From Bdellovibrionales bacterium (lineage in GTDB: Bacteria; Bdellovibrionota; Bdellovibrionia; Bdellovibrionales; Bdellovibrionaceae), in assembly GCA_031370005.1 (NCBI GenBank), contig JANMPT010000101.1:1-56670 (forward strand): a DNA stretch of 56,670 bases, read 5' to 3'. Made by a program: the position numbers and the translations under genes. Shown piece after piece: positions 8,738 to 16,931 of this stretch. Within the stretch, counting starts at the first letter, position 1, and the number at the start of each line of letters is the position of its first letter. The notes beneath the pieces are model-generated. The model did no database searches. It saw only the letters and a list, made by a program, of their open reading frames with translations, and was not told the origin of the DNA.

Positions 8738-9916
8738 TTATTTCACGATGATCTGACCAGTTGAATACTGGGCCGCATTATGAAAGCCACATGTGAAATT
8801 GTAAGTACCAGCGGTTTCAAGTTTTACGATTTGAGATGCTTTCCCGTTACGGTCCGCCATGAGATCAAGGCCAAGTTCACCCGCATCGAATATAAACATT
8901 TTCTCAGTCGCCTTCAGCACGATTTCAATTGTTTGACCTTCGTTGGCCTCAATTTTTAGAGGGCTACATGTGCCGTCGTTCGCACCTGTAACTTCGACAG
9001 TAACGTCAGGGATTCGGACCAGGTCGATCACACTTTCTTTTTGCCAATGGGTTGCGATATCGAAAGCTGTCTGACCTTTTTTATTTTTTAATCGACGATC
9101 TGGACGGGCTTGCAAAATATCTTTTACTGTCCAGTCGTCGCCGAGATATGCAGACCACATAAGTGGCGTCATCCCGTCATTGTCTTGGAAGTCAAAATTT
9201 GCTTCAGCAGCAATGAAAGAGTCGTAAACATTGCGAACACCAAGTCTTGCGGCCTTCAGAAGAGCGGTCTCGTTTTTCTTTGGGTCAACAATATCAACGA
9301 AAGCGCCTTCAGAGATCAAGCGGTCAATAATTTGCGGCAGATCAATGATAGTGTGGGCTGTGGGATTCGTATTTCCACCGCAGTATTGGTCCATCGCATA
9401 GAGTAGTGGCGTACAGCCGTTCTTATCTGTGAAGTTGACGTCAGCTCCACAAGCAAGTTGGTAGTTCATTGCTCTCAAAGCCTGATAGGATCGTCCTTCT
9501 CTCAGAACATCAACCAATGTCTCACTAGGGTTTTTTCCACAAGAAGGTGCTACTTGGATTGCGCCCGTAATCTTGCAATCAAGCTCAGCATTGGTAAAAT
9601 AAAGGCCATGGGTGAAAGAATTTTTCTTTATGACCCCGTCTTCTACAAGAAAATCAAGGTGAGAAAAACCTCCCGAGTCTGCGTACCGCAATGTATTCGG
9701 AGCTGGATAGTAGACATCAGTGAGATTCAAACCCTGAGTGACTGAGCCACTCGAAGAGAGAAATCGAATCTCGCCTTTTTTCTTTGGCGGATTGATTGTG
9801 AGCAGGACCTGAGTGTTGTGGTCCGTATCGGTATAGCCGCTGCACGAAACAATTTCGGCCTGCGCACTGACACTTGTGGTTAGCGCCATTAAAATAGCTA
9901 TCGTTACTGTTTTCAT
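8738..9916 (-). CDS. Exported ankyrin-repeat protein with C-terminal cupredoxin-like domain
   Basis: Start moved to ATG 9916 (GGGGG RBS, signal peptide MKTVTIAIL). Ankyrin motifs GADVNFTDKNGCTPLLYA, ETALLKAA, DGMTPLMWSA, GQTAFDIA. C-terminus AGTYNFTCGFH...TGQIIVK. Confidence 0.8.
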   Translation of the reverse strand: MKTVTIAILMALTTSVSAQAEIVSCSGYTDTDHNTQVLLTINPPKKKGEIRFLSSSGSVTQGLNLTDVYYPAPNTLRYADSGGFSHLDFLVEDGVIKKNSFTHGLYFTNAELDCKITGAIQVAPSCGKNPSETLVDVLREGRSYQALRAMNYQLACGADVNFTDKNGCTPLLYAMDQYCGGNTNPTAHTIIDLPQIIDRLISEGAFVDIVDPKKNETALLKAARLGVRNVYDSFIAAEANFDFQDNDGMTPLMWSAYLGDDWTVKDILQARPDRRLKNKKGQTAFDIATHWQKESVIDLVRIPDVTVEVTGANDGTCSPLKIEANEGQTIEIVLKATEKMFIFDAGELGLDLMADRNGKASQIVKLETAGTYNFTCGFHNAAQYSTGQIIVK

Positions 9917-9933
9917 AATCCCCCCAAAGGATT

Positions 9934-10614
9934 CTAATTTGCCCCGTTGTTGATCCACTCGCGGATAATCTGAATTTGTTCTGGCTTGAGCGCAGAATAT
10001 CCTTCTTTTGCGGGTGGCATTCGTTTGTCGTCTTTTCTTTCCAGCGCTATGATGAGTCCTGACTCATCTGCGTTCCCAGGTAATACTAATTCTAGAGGCG
10101 AATCTAAAAGTCCCTGCCTATCGAGCGGAACCTTATTTCCTTCGCCTGCCGGGTTATGACAAGTCAGACACTTAGGTTCAATAATGTGACTACGTATTGA
10201 TTCATACGTTGCGATCATTGGTTCCACTTCTGGAGGCGGCTTTGAACTTTGCATAGGCGCGCCCATGCGAATCCAATTCCACAACAGTCGTTTTTCCTCT
10301 GAAGTCAGAGCGCCTCGCTTCGGCATTGTTCCCTCAGTGAAAACGGCTTCTTGAATTTTCGAAAGATTGGACTTTATCGAATCGTAGGATTCAAGACTCA
10401 CATCTCCAGAGCTTCCGTGACAGCTCACGCACTTGGGCTGAAGGATTTTCGAGTTGATGAAACTATAATTCATCATGCTCAATTTTTCTTCGGGCTTAAG
10501 GTCGCCAAAATTCTGGACTCCAGAACCAGTGGGTTCTTTAAGACGAGTGTAATTGCAGGAGATTAAACCTCCCGCAATTACTGCCAAACTAAAAAAACGA
10601 AAGACGAAATTCAC
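9934..10614 (-). CDS. Di-haem cytochrome c lipoprotein (two planctomycete-type cytochrome c domains)
   Basis: Lipobox LISC. CVSCH and CLTCH are each followed by MP (axial Met) and WIxxGA. Confidence 0.85.
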   Translation of the reverse strand: MNFVFRFFSLAVIAGGLISCNYTRLKEPTGSGVQNFGDLKPEEKLSMMNYSFINSKILQPKCVSCHGSSGDVSLESYDSIKSNLSKIQEAVFTEGTMPKRGALTSEEKRLLWNWIRMGAPMQSSKPPPEVEPMIATYESIRSHIIEPKCLTCHNPAGEGNKVPLDRQGLLDSPLELVLPGNADESGLIIALERKDDKRMPPAKEGYSALKPEQIQIIREWINNGAN

Positions 10615-10622
10615 TTTGAGCC

Positions 10623-11204
10623 TTAAGGTTCAACTGCAACAGAATTCAATGTTCCATCAAGGTTGACATAAATATTCAGTCTCTTTGCTTGCGATGATGC
10701 TGTTACTTGAACAAGCCCGACATCTTTTCCTGTTAAAGTTCCCTTAATGAGAACCAACTTCGTGAAGTCTTTGAAGTAAGGAGCAATCATCGCATCAGAG
10801 CTATTGTCCAAAACGTAGTGCATGCCATTCTCGATCAATTCTCCGGCATTCTTTGGTGACCACATCATGTCGGCACCAGCTGTTCCGCCAGATAAAACTT
10901 TGAATGAAAGTGGCTTTCCATCATGATCGAACTGAAGTTCGAGCTGAATGGGCTGACCTGATTGCGGTTGGGTTTGTGAAACAATAGACTTGTAAGCAAC
11001 GGGAGCCGGCCCTGCGACGGCAGTCACTTCGATGGCCTCTGTTCTTGTCACAAATGCACCGTCAATCTTTCCAAGAGCAATAAGTCGATCAGCACGATGA
11101 GCTGAAAGCTCAGTGATCTTAGCTGTTGAAATTGTTGGATCATTGTGAGCAAACGCGAGTTGTGATCCGAATAGAATAGCCGTTAGTAAAAGTGTAGTTT
11201 TCAT
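10623..11204 (-). CDS. Exported hypothetical protein, mature N-terminal His
   Basis: AGGAG RBS, signal peptide AFA|HNDP, lies within the operon. Confidence 0.75.
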   Translation of the reverse strand: MKTTLLLTAILFGSQLAFAHNDPTISTAKITELSAHRADRLIALGKIDGAFVTRTEAIEVTAVAGPAPVAYKSIVSQTQPQSGQPIQLELQFDHDGKPLSFKVLSGGTAGADMMWSPKNAGELIENGMHYVLDNSSDAMIAPYFKDFTKLVLIKGTLTGKDVGLVQVTASSQAKRLNIYVNLDGTLNSVAVEP

Positions 11205-11232
11205 GAGTGTTCTCCTTTTGGTTATTTAATTT

Positions 11233-11520
11233 TTAATCTAAATCAGCTTCTGCTTTTCCCGTATACGTCGCGAGTACTGAGCAGAACTTTCCTTCTTTGC
11301 CTGTCCAGACGTAATAAGTCGCGGAACCCTTAGAATCCGGATCGGAAACGATTTTTATCATTTCTGGTTTTCCGGTAGGCGTGATGAGTGATCCACACAT
11401 TTCTGCCGCTGGAGAAAAGTGCGAACCGCTTTCTAAGAATCTAAAACTTGTTACTTTAACATCGCTTGCAAAGGCCGAGGTCCCGGCCATTGAAACTAAA
11501 ACTGCTAACATTGCTTTCAT
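11233..11520 (-). CDS. Small exported hypothetical protein (2 Cys)
   Basis: GGGGAG RBS, signal peptide AFA|SD, operon position after csoR. Confidence 0.75.
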   Translation of the reverse strand: MKAMLAVLVSMAGTSAFASDVKVTSFRFLESGSHFSPAAEMCGSLITPTGKPEMIKIVSDPDSKGSATYYVWTGKEGKFCSVLATYTGKAEADLD

Positions 11521-11540
11521 TGCTCCCCCCGGAACTTTGA

Positions 11541-11876
11541 TTAATAAATCAGTTTGATGATCTCCTGGATCTTTTCTTCAGCCTTGAATGTGTCATTGCC
11601 ACTGAACGCAGATTTCACGCAGCCCCTTAGATGAGACTTGAAAACTTCAGACTCAACAGCCTTAAGCGCCGCTGATGCTGCTTTCAGTTGAGCGATAATG
11701 TCAGTGCAATAGCGACGATCCAAAATCATTCGCTCAATGCCTTCGATTTGACCCTTCACTCTGTTTAGTCTTTTGATGTGAGCAGAGTGATCTGGGTGGT
11801 CATGCGCCCCGTGATCTACCTGGACTTTCGCCACAGGCTTTTTACTTCTTCCATGAGATTTTTCTTTTTCCAACAT
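11541..11876 (-). CDS. csoR: CsoR family copper-sensing repressor
   Basis: RLNRVKGQIEGI...YCTDIIAQL...HLRGCV gives the Cys-His-Cys ligand fingerprint. His-rich N-terminal arm. Confidence 0.9.
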   Translation of the reverse strand: MLEKEKSHGRSKKPVAKVQVDHGAHDHPDHSAHIKRLNRVKGQIEGIERMILDRRYCTDIIAQLKAASAALKAVESEVFKSHLRGCVKSAFSGNDTFKAEEKIQEIIKLIY

Positions 11877-11909
11877 AGGTCGTCATCCCTTCAGAGATTA
11901 AAGCCGTAT

Positions 11910-11947
11910 TTGACACATACCCTACGGGGGGTATAGTTTAGTGTCAA
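11910..11947. promoter_or_regulatory. CsoR operator inside divergent sigma70-type promoters
   Basis: ATACCCTACGGGGGGTAT (11917-11934) has the C/G-tract form of CsoR operators. Plus strand: TTGACA(11910)-N16-TATAGT. Minus strand: TTGACA(11947)-N17-TAGGGT. Confidence 0.85.
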
Positions 11948-11968
11948 ATCTATTTTCACGGAGGGGAT

Positions 11969-12055
11969 ATGAAAATGAAGAAAATGCTTTTGGCATTAGG
12001 CGCTATAGCACTTTGGAGTCAGACGTCGTTTGGGCATGGTGGCGAAGAAGTGTAG
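11969..12055 (+). pseudogene. 5' end of an exported protein gene cut by IS21 (MKMKKMLLALGAIALWSQTSFG|HGGEE)
   Basis: GGAGGGG RBS, signal peptide followed by HGGEE. The frame ends in a TAG within the first bases of the IS left end. Confidence 0.8.
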
Positions 12056-12188
12056 GCGGCGTACATAAATAGGACCAAAAACGTCGGTGAGCCGGTCCCA
12101 TGGGCCAGTGTTTAAAGCCGCAGCAAAAGGGACCACTTCAATACCTAAGTCGGTTTTCTTTTTTCAGAATTAAAATCAAAATAATAAA

Positions 12189-12576
12189 GTGATTGAAAAT
12201 CAAGCCATTGAAACAGTTGAAGGTATCACATTAAGTTGCGTAGTTTGCGCGACCGAATTTTCAATTTGTAAATCATGCTGGCGCAATCAGAAGTGCTGTT
12301 CAAAAAATTGTTCATCCGAATTAAAGAAAAAAAATCATCGAGCGCGCCAGAAAAAGTATCAAGCTACCGAAAAAGGTTTAGAGTTTGGCCGTCAAAGACA
12401 ACGCCGAAGATATTTGGGAATTTTTTCAAAATAACCTCACTGACACGCCTACAAAAGACCCGTTTAAAAACATAAAACCTAATTCAAGCAGACTTTGTGC
12501 GTGTTGCGGAAAGCCTGTCGAAAGTATTTTCAGGCATAAGTTTGAAAAATATTTTTCATTTCGAACGAGGTTTTGA
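12189..12576 (+). pseudogene. Cys-rich (zinc-finger-like) accessory ORF of the IS21 element, probably one gene split by a frameshift
   Basis: ORF 12189..12434 (CVVC, CKSC, CCSKNC, basic helix) overlaps ORF 12385..12576 (CACCG) across the T6 run at 12421. It ends 2 nt before the istA start. Confidence 0.55.
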
Positions 12577-12578
12577 AA

Positions 12579-14128
12579 ATGTTAGACGCTGAGACACAAT
12601 CAAAGATTTTAGCTTACTATTTTAATGATAAGAAATCGGTACGTGCGATTGCGCATTTAACGGGAGTTGATCGTAAGACGGTTTCGCGAATTATTACCCG
12701 TAAAAAAAATAGAAACCGAGCAGAAAAAGATCGTGCGCACGAGTGTTCTTGATCAGTATAAACCCAAAGTTAATGAATTTTTAATTAAAGATCCGACGAT
12801 GGCGGCAGCCACGATGCTCCATCGTTTGCGTGAATTTGGCTACATGGGTGGACTGACGATTTTAAAAGATCATGTGCGCGAATTAAAGTTAAAATCTTCA
12901 CCCAAATTACGCGAAGCTTTTTTGCGTTTAGAGTTTGCGCCTGGCGAGTGCGCACAGGTGGATTGGGGCGAATTCGGAGATGTCTTTGGCGACGGCATCA
13001 AGATGCACTGCTTTGTAATGGTGCTGTGTTATTCGCGGCTGACCTATATTGAGTTTACGAGATCAGAAAGATTTGAAGATTTTATTCGAGCCCATGAAAA
13101 CGCGTTTAATTACTTCGGTGGCGTACCAAAGGAGTGCTGGTACGATAATTTAGCGACCGCCGTTCAAGAGCGGCACGGAAGCCTCGTTAAGTTCAATCCA
13201 CGATTTTTTTCGTACATGGGTCACCATCATATATCACCGCATGCGTGCAATCCTGCTCGTGGCAACGAAAAAGGCCGTGTTGAAAGTGGCGTCAAGTTTA
13301 TCCGCAGTCATTTTTGGAGTGGCCGCACGTTTAAAGATTTCGATGATTTGTGTTTGCAGTCAATGCTATGGCGAGATCAATTTTTAAATTTGCGTGAGCA
13401 TCGGGTTACGAGAAGAATTATCAAAAACTTTTTTGAAGCCGAAGAAAAAAAGGCATTGCGGCCCAAGAGTGATCTAAAATTTGAAACCGACGAAGTTTTA
13501 TCAAAGACAATGGGCTCAGATTTTCATTTTATTTTTGAAACGAATCGTTATTCGGTGCCGTGGACGTTTGCTGGACTGACGGTGACGATTCGAATTACGG
13601 CAAAGACGATTAAAGTGTATTATCACGAAAAGTATGTGGCTGGCCACGAGCGATCGTATTTAAAAAACAAGGTTTTTACAAATCCAAAACACCAGGACGG
13701 TTTACTGACTCGAAAACCAGGCGCGCAAAACCGTGATAATGAAAGAGTTCTAGCGGTTAAAAAAATTGGTGCTGGTGTGAATCAGTATTATGAATCAGTA
13801 TTATGAATCTTTACGAGCAAGTTCGCGTTCGCTACGCATGGAAGTGAATCGACTTTTAGCTTTGTCGACAGTTTACGGAGTGGATAATTTAAATACGGCC
13901 TGTTTTGAATTAATAAAAGACGGCATTGTTGGCATCGACAATCTTGAGCGTTATTTGAGAGTCGAAAATATCCAGCGAAAAAATCCAAATCCCATGAAAT
14001 TCAACAAAGAAAAGTTAAACCGCATTATTCCATCAACCAGCCTTAGTTCTTATGACGAATTATTAAAAACTGATCAACTACAGAACAAAATAAAAGATGA
14101 AGGAGATAGTGGTGATGGAAACGGATAA
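12579..14128 (+). pseudogene. istA: IS21 transposase IstA with two frameshifts
   Basis: N-terminal HTH (SVRAIAHLTGVDRKTV) from ATG 12579, a shift at the A8 run 12702-12709, DDE core (AQVDWG, YDN, KGRVE), and a second shift at the 13-bp duplication 13778-13803. Confidence 0.9.
13778..13809 (+). repeat. 13-bp tandem duplication (TGAATCAGTATTA x2 + TGAATC)
   Basis: Directly visible; NQYYES appears in two reading frames. Confidence 0.95.
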
Positions 14129-14891
14129 AGATTATTTAGACAAAAGCTTTAAGGAGCTTCGAATCAAGTATTTTATGGATGTTGTCGAAGTAGGCTTGAA
14201 AAATCAAGACCCGAAGCAGCAGCTTGTAACGATTGATTTATTGAAACGGTGTTGTGACAAAGAAAAAACTGAGCGCCGCTCTTCGCAGATTGCATCGAAG
14301 ATAAAGTCAGCAAAATTTAGACAGGTTCAAACTGTTGAGCAGTTTGATTTTAGCCACAGCCAGCTTACAAAGCGTATCGAAAAAACGTATTTAATGATCC
14401 ACAACAACGTGGATAAAAATAGTTTACCTAAAGCGATTTTTGTTGGGAACCCTGGCGTCGGAAAAACACACCTAGCAAGATCGCTTGGGTACTCATCATG
14501 TCAAAAGGGTCTTAGCGTTTTATTTTTAACTGCTGCAGAAATGGCTAACGGTTTAATCCAAGCTCAGAAACTTGCGTTTTTAGAACGCGAGATCGCGCGT
14601 CTCAAAAAACCTCAAGTTTTAATTATCGACGAGCTTGGCTATGTCGATTTTGATGTTCAAGCAAGTCAGTTGTTTTTTCAAGTCATCTCAGCACGTCACG
14701 ATGCAGGACTTGGTTTAGTTGTTACAACCAATTTAAATTTTAGCCAGTTCAATCAGATTTTTGCAAATGAAGCGTTTGCTACTGTAGTCGTCGACCGGAT
14801 GGTTAAAGAGGCTGAAATATTTTATATGGAAGGAGAAAGCTATCGAAAGCATCAACGTACGTTAAAAAATAAAGCCGATAAGAAGGCTTAA
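14115..14891 (+). CDS. istB: IS21 helper AAA+ ATPase IstB
   Basis: Walker A GNPGVGKT, Walker B LIIDELGY, VTTNL and GESYR motifs. Overlaps the end of istA; start could also be 14097. Confidence 0.92.
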   Translation: METDKDYLDKSFKELRIKYFMDVVEVGLKNQDPKQQLVTIDLLKRCCDKEKTERRSSQIASKIKSAKFRQVQTVEQFDFSHSQLTKRIEKTYLMIHNNVDKNSLPKAIFVGNPGVGKTHLARSLGYSSCQKGLSVLFLTAAEMANGLIQAQKLAFLEREIARLKKPQVLIIDELGYVDFDVQASQLFFQVISARHDAGLGLVVTTNLNFSQFNQIFANEAFATVVVDRMVKEAEIFYMEGESYRKHQRTLKNKADKKA

Positions 14892-15341
14892 CTTTTTAAA
14901 AAATGAGAAATTTATTTAAAATATAAATCGCGATTATTTTTTTTGCTCGACTCAAGCAAAGTGTGGATCTTTGAAATTTAAGAAATCCAAAAATCTGACA
15001 CAAAAAACTGATTCTGGGGTGGTCCCCATGAGACCGCCTCGCCGCCCAAAATGGCCCCTTTTAATCCCGCCGCCTACAACACGAGAGCACCCGAGAGGTG
15101 CGGTAGAGGCAGAGGGCATGACAGAAATGGCCGATAGGCCCTGGCATTGACCGATGCAAAGGGAGGAAAGGGTGGTGGTTCAAAGGTGAGCGATCTTGAA
15201 AACAACTGGCTCAAGGTATTGAAAAACTGAACTAAAACGGGAGCCTAATGCAATATAACAGGGCCTCTGAGAATACGCTCCTTATTGAGACAATAGAGGA
15301 GATGAAAAGAAATCATCATAATTACCGATAGATAAGGAGGT

Positions 15342-15401
15342 TAAAGGACTCTTTCATTCTGCCGAAAAGTGTATTATACTGAAAAAGTACGAAAATCGTA
15401 C
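15342..15401 (+). promoter_or_regulatory. Putative sigma28 (FliA)-type promoter plus inverted-repeat operator upstream of abiEi
   Basis: TAAA-N15-GCCGAAAA (15342-15368) and GTACGA-AAA-TCGTAC (15387-15401). Confidence 0.45.
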
Positions 15402-15414
15402 CGTGAGGTAAGTT

Positions 15415-16041
15415 ATGAAAGAACTGTTTCGTGAACTCTTAAAAAAGGACGCAACTATCGTAACGTCTGAAGACATCTACGAGATGTTTCCAGATCTGAA
15501 CGAAAATGCTGTTCAAGCAAAGATTAAACGCTGCCTGAAGGGCGGAGAATTAGTTCGTCTCTACAAAGGAATCTATGCTCTCAACAAAGCATACTCTCAT
15601 CGGGCGCTTGCGGAAGAGCAAGTAGCGCGAACCATCGACAAAAATTCTTTTTTAAGCGGCATGGGTGCTTTGAGGTTTCATAATCTGATCCCTGAAGTCG
15701 TAAACTTCAAAACATTCTATGGAACAAAGAGCGCTAAAATTGATATTCCCGAAATTCATTTCGAGATTAAAAAAATCGATACCGAACTTACTACCTTTGG
15801 AATTGAGGAAGTTTCCACTGGTGAAGGAACGGTTCGAGTCGCTGAACCTGTTCGAGCTATTCTAGACACATTCATGGCGCTGAAGATGTCTCCAAAAACA
15901 AGAGAGCAAATTTGTGCCTATCTTCGTATTGAGGAAGAAGATGCTGAAAAGCTGAACTGGAACAATGTTTCTGAGTACGCTCGACAAATGAAAAGTAAAC
16001 TCGCAACTTCTGTTGCCGCAGCCATGTTGAACGAGGCTTGA
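15415..16041 (+). CDS. AbiEi family antitoxin / transcriptional regulator
   Basis: GELVRLYKGIY winged-helix motif, SFLSGMGALRFHNLIPE, VAEPVRAILD. ATGA overlap with the abiEii gene. Confidence 0.85.
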   Translation: MKELFRELLKKDATIVTSEDIYEMFPDLNENAVQAKIKRCLKGGELVRLYKGIYALNKAYSHRALAEEQVARTIDKNSFLSGMGALRFHNLIPEVVNFKTFYGTKSAKIDIPEIHFEIKKIDTELTTFGIEEVSTGEGTVRVAEPVRAILDTFMALKMSPKTREQICAYLRIEEEDAEKLNWNNVSEYARQMKSKLATSVAAAMLNEA

Positions 16042-16921
16042 TGAAAGTAACGAAAGCTCAAGCTCTTTCTAGATTTCAATCCGAGTCTTTGCAGCTCTCC
16101 ACCAGTGAAGCCAAAAAGAACTTGCTTCGTGAAATTCTTCAGGAAGTTGTTCTTTGTCACATGAAAGAAGCGGGGCTCTTTAAGAGGATGGCTTTCCACG
16201 GTGGAACTTCACTTAGGCTTCTTTATCGAATTGATAGATTTTCTGAAGATCTGGATATGTCTCTATTGGAGGCAATGAAGAGTATGATTTGGCGCAAGAT
16301 ATGGCCACGCTCAATGCATCACTTGCAGGTTCTGGATTTGATTTGGAGTTTCAAGATAAGTGCAAATCGAATAATCCGATCAAGAAATTTTTTATTAACG
16401 ATTCTGAGTTTTTGAATCAATTCAGTCGCGAAATCGGAAGTGTCTCTCCTGGAGAGAAGATCAAAATTAAATTTGAGTTGGATGTTTTGCCGCCCGATCA
16501 TCAAATTTTTATTGAAGCACCCATTAAGAGTGAGTTTTCTGCGACAGTAGTGGCCCACGATCTGGCAACCTGTATGGGACAAAAGATCCACGCAGTTTTG
16601 TGTCGAGGTTTGGCATATGGGATAGATATTGTAAAAGGTCGGGATCTTTATGATTTAGAATGGTATTTGCAAAAAAGTATTCGTCCCAACTGCAACAATC
16701 TCCAGGCGTGTCTCTTTCGAATCGGCCCTTGGAAAGAACAAGAAATTTCTGTCAATCATTCTTGGATCGTAGAGGAAATCGAAGCCTGCCTTAAGACAAA
16801 GAGTTTTGAAACGATCCTTGAAGATTTGAAACCTTTGATTGATGTAAAAATCTTTTCGGCGGTTTCGTCGCGGTGGAACAAAACCTATTTCGTGAAATTG
16901 GCCAAAAGTAAGTTATCCTAG
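16038..16921 (+). pseudogene. AbiEii family nucleotidyltransferase toxin, frameshifted
   Basis: FHGGTSLRLLY...RFSEDLD in 16038..16415; KIHAVLCR...KGRDLYDLEW in 16289..16921. Adding one base near 16273 joins them (LLEA-NEEYDLAQD). Confidence 0.85.
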
Positions 16922-16931
16922 GCAATCCCAA

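Larger units (their letters stand above)
12051..15078 (+). mobile_element. IS21 family insertion sequence (3028 bp), transposase disrupted
   Basis: TG...CA termini with imperfect ~55-bp inverted repeats (both begin TGTAGGCGGCG) enclosing istA and istB. Flanks GAAGAAG / ACACGAG show no target duplication. Confidence 0.92.

Noticed and set aside
4023..10566. Numerous antisense or overlapping ORFs in the track (e.g. 4023..4556, 4733..5071, 5999..6352, 9110..9406), and similar ones across the window
   Set aside because: They lie opposite or inside well-supported genes and have no recognisable motifs or RBS; treated as shadow ORFs.
15079..15250. Continuation of the IS-interrupted HGGEE gene
   Set aside because: Joining 12050 to 15079 stops after about 19 codons, the other frames also close quickly, and there is no target-site duplication.
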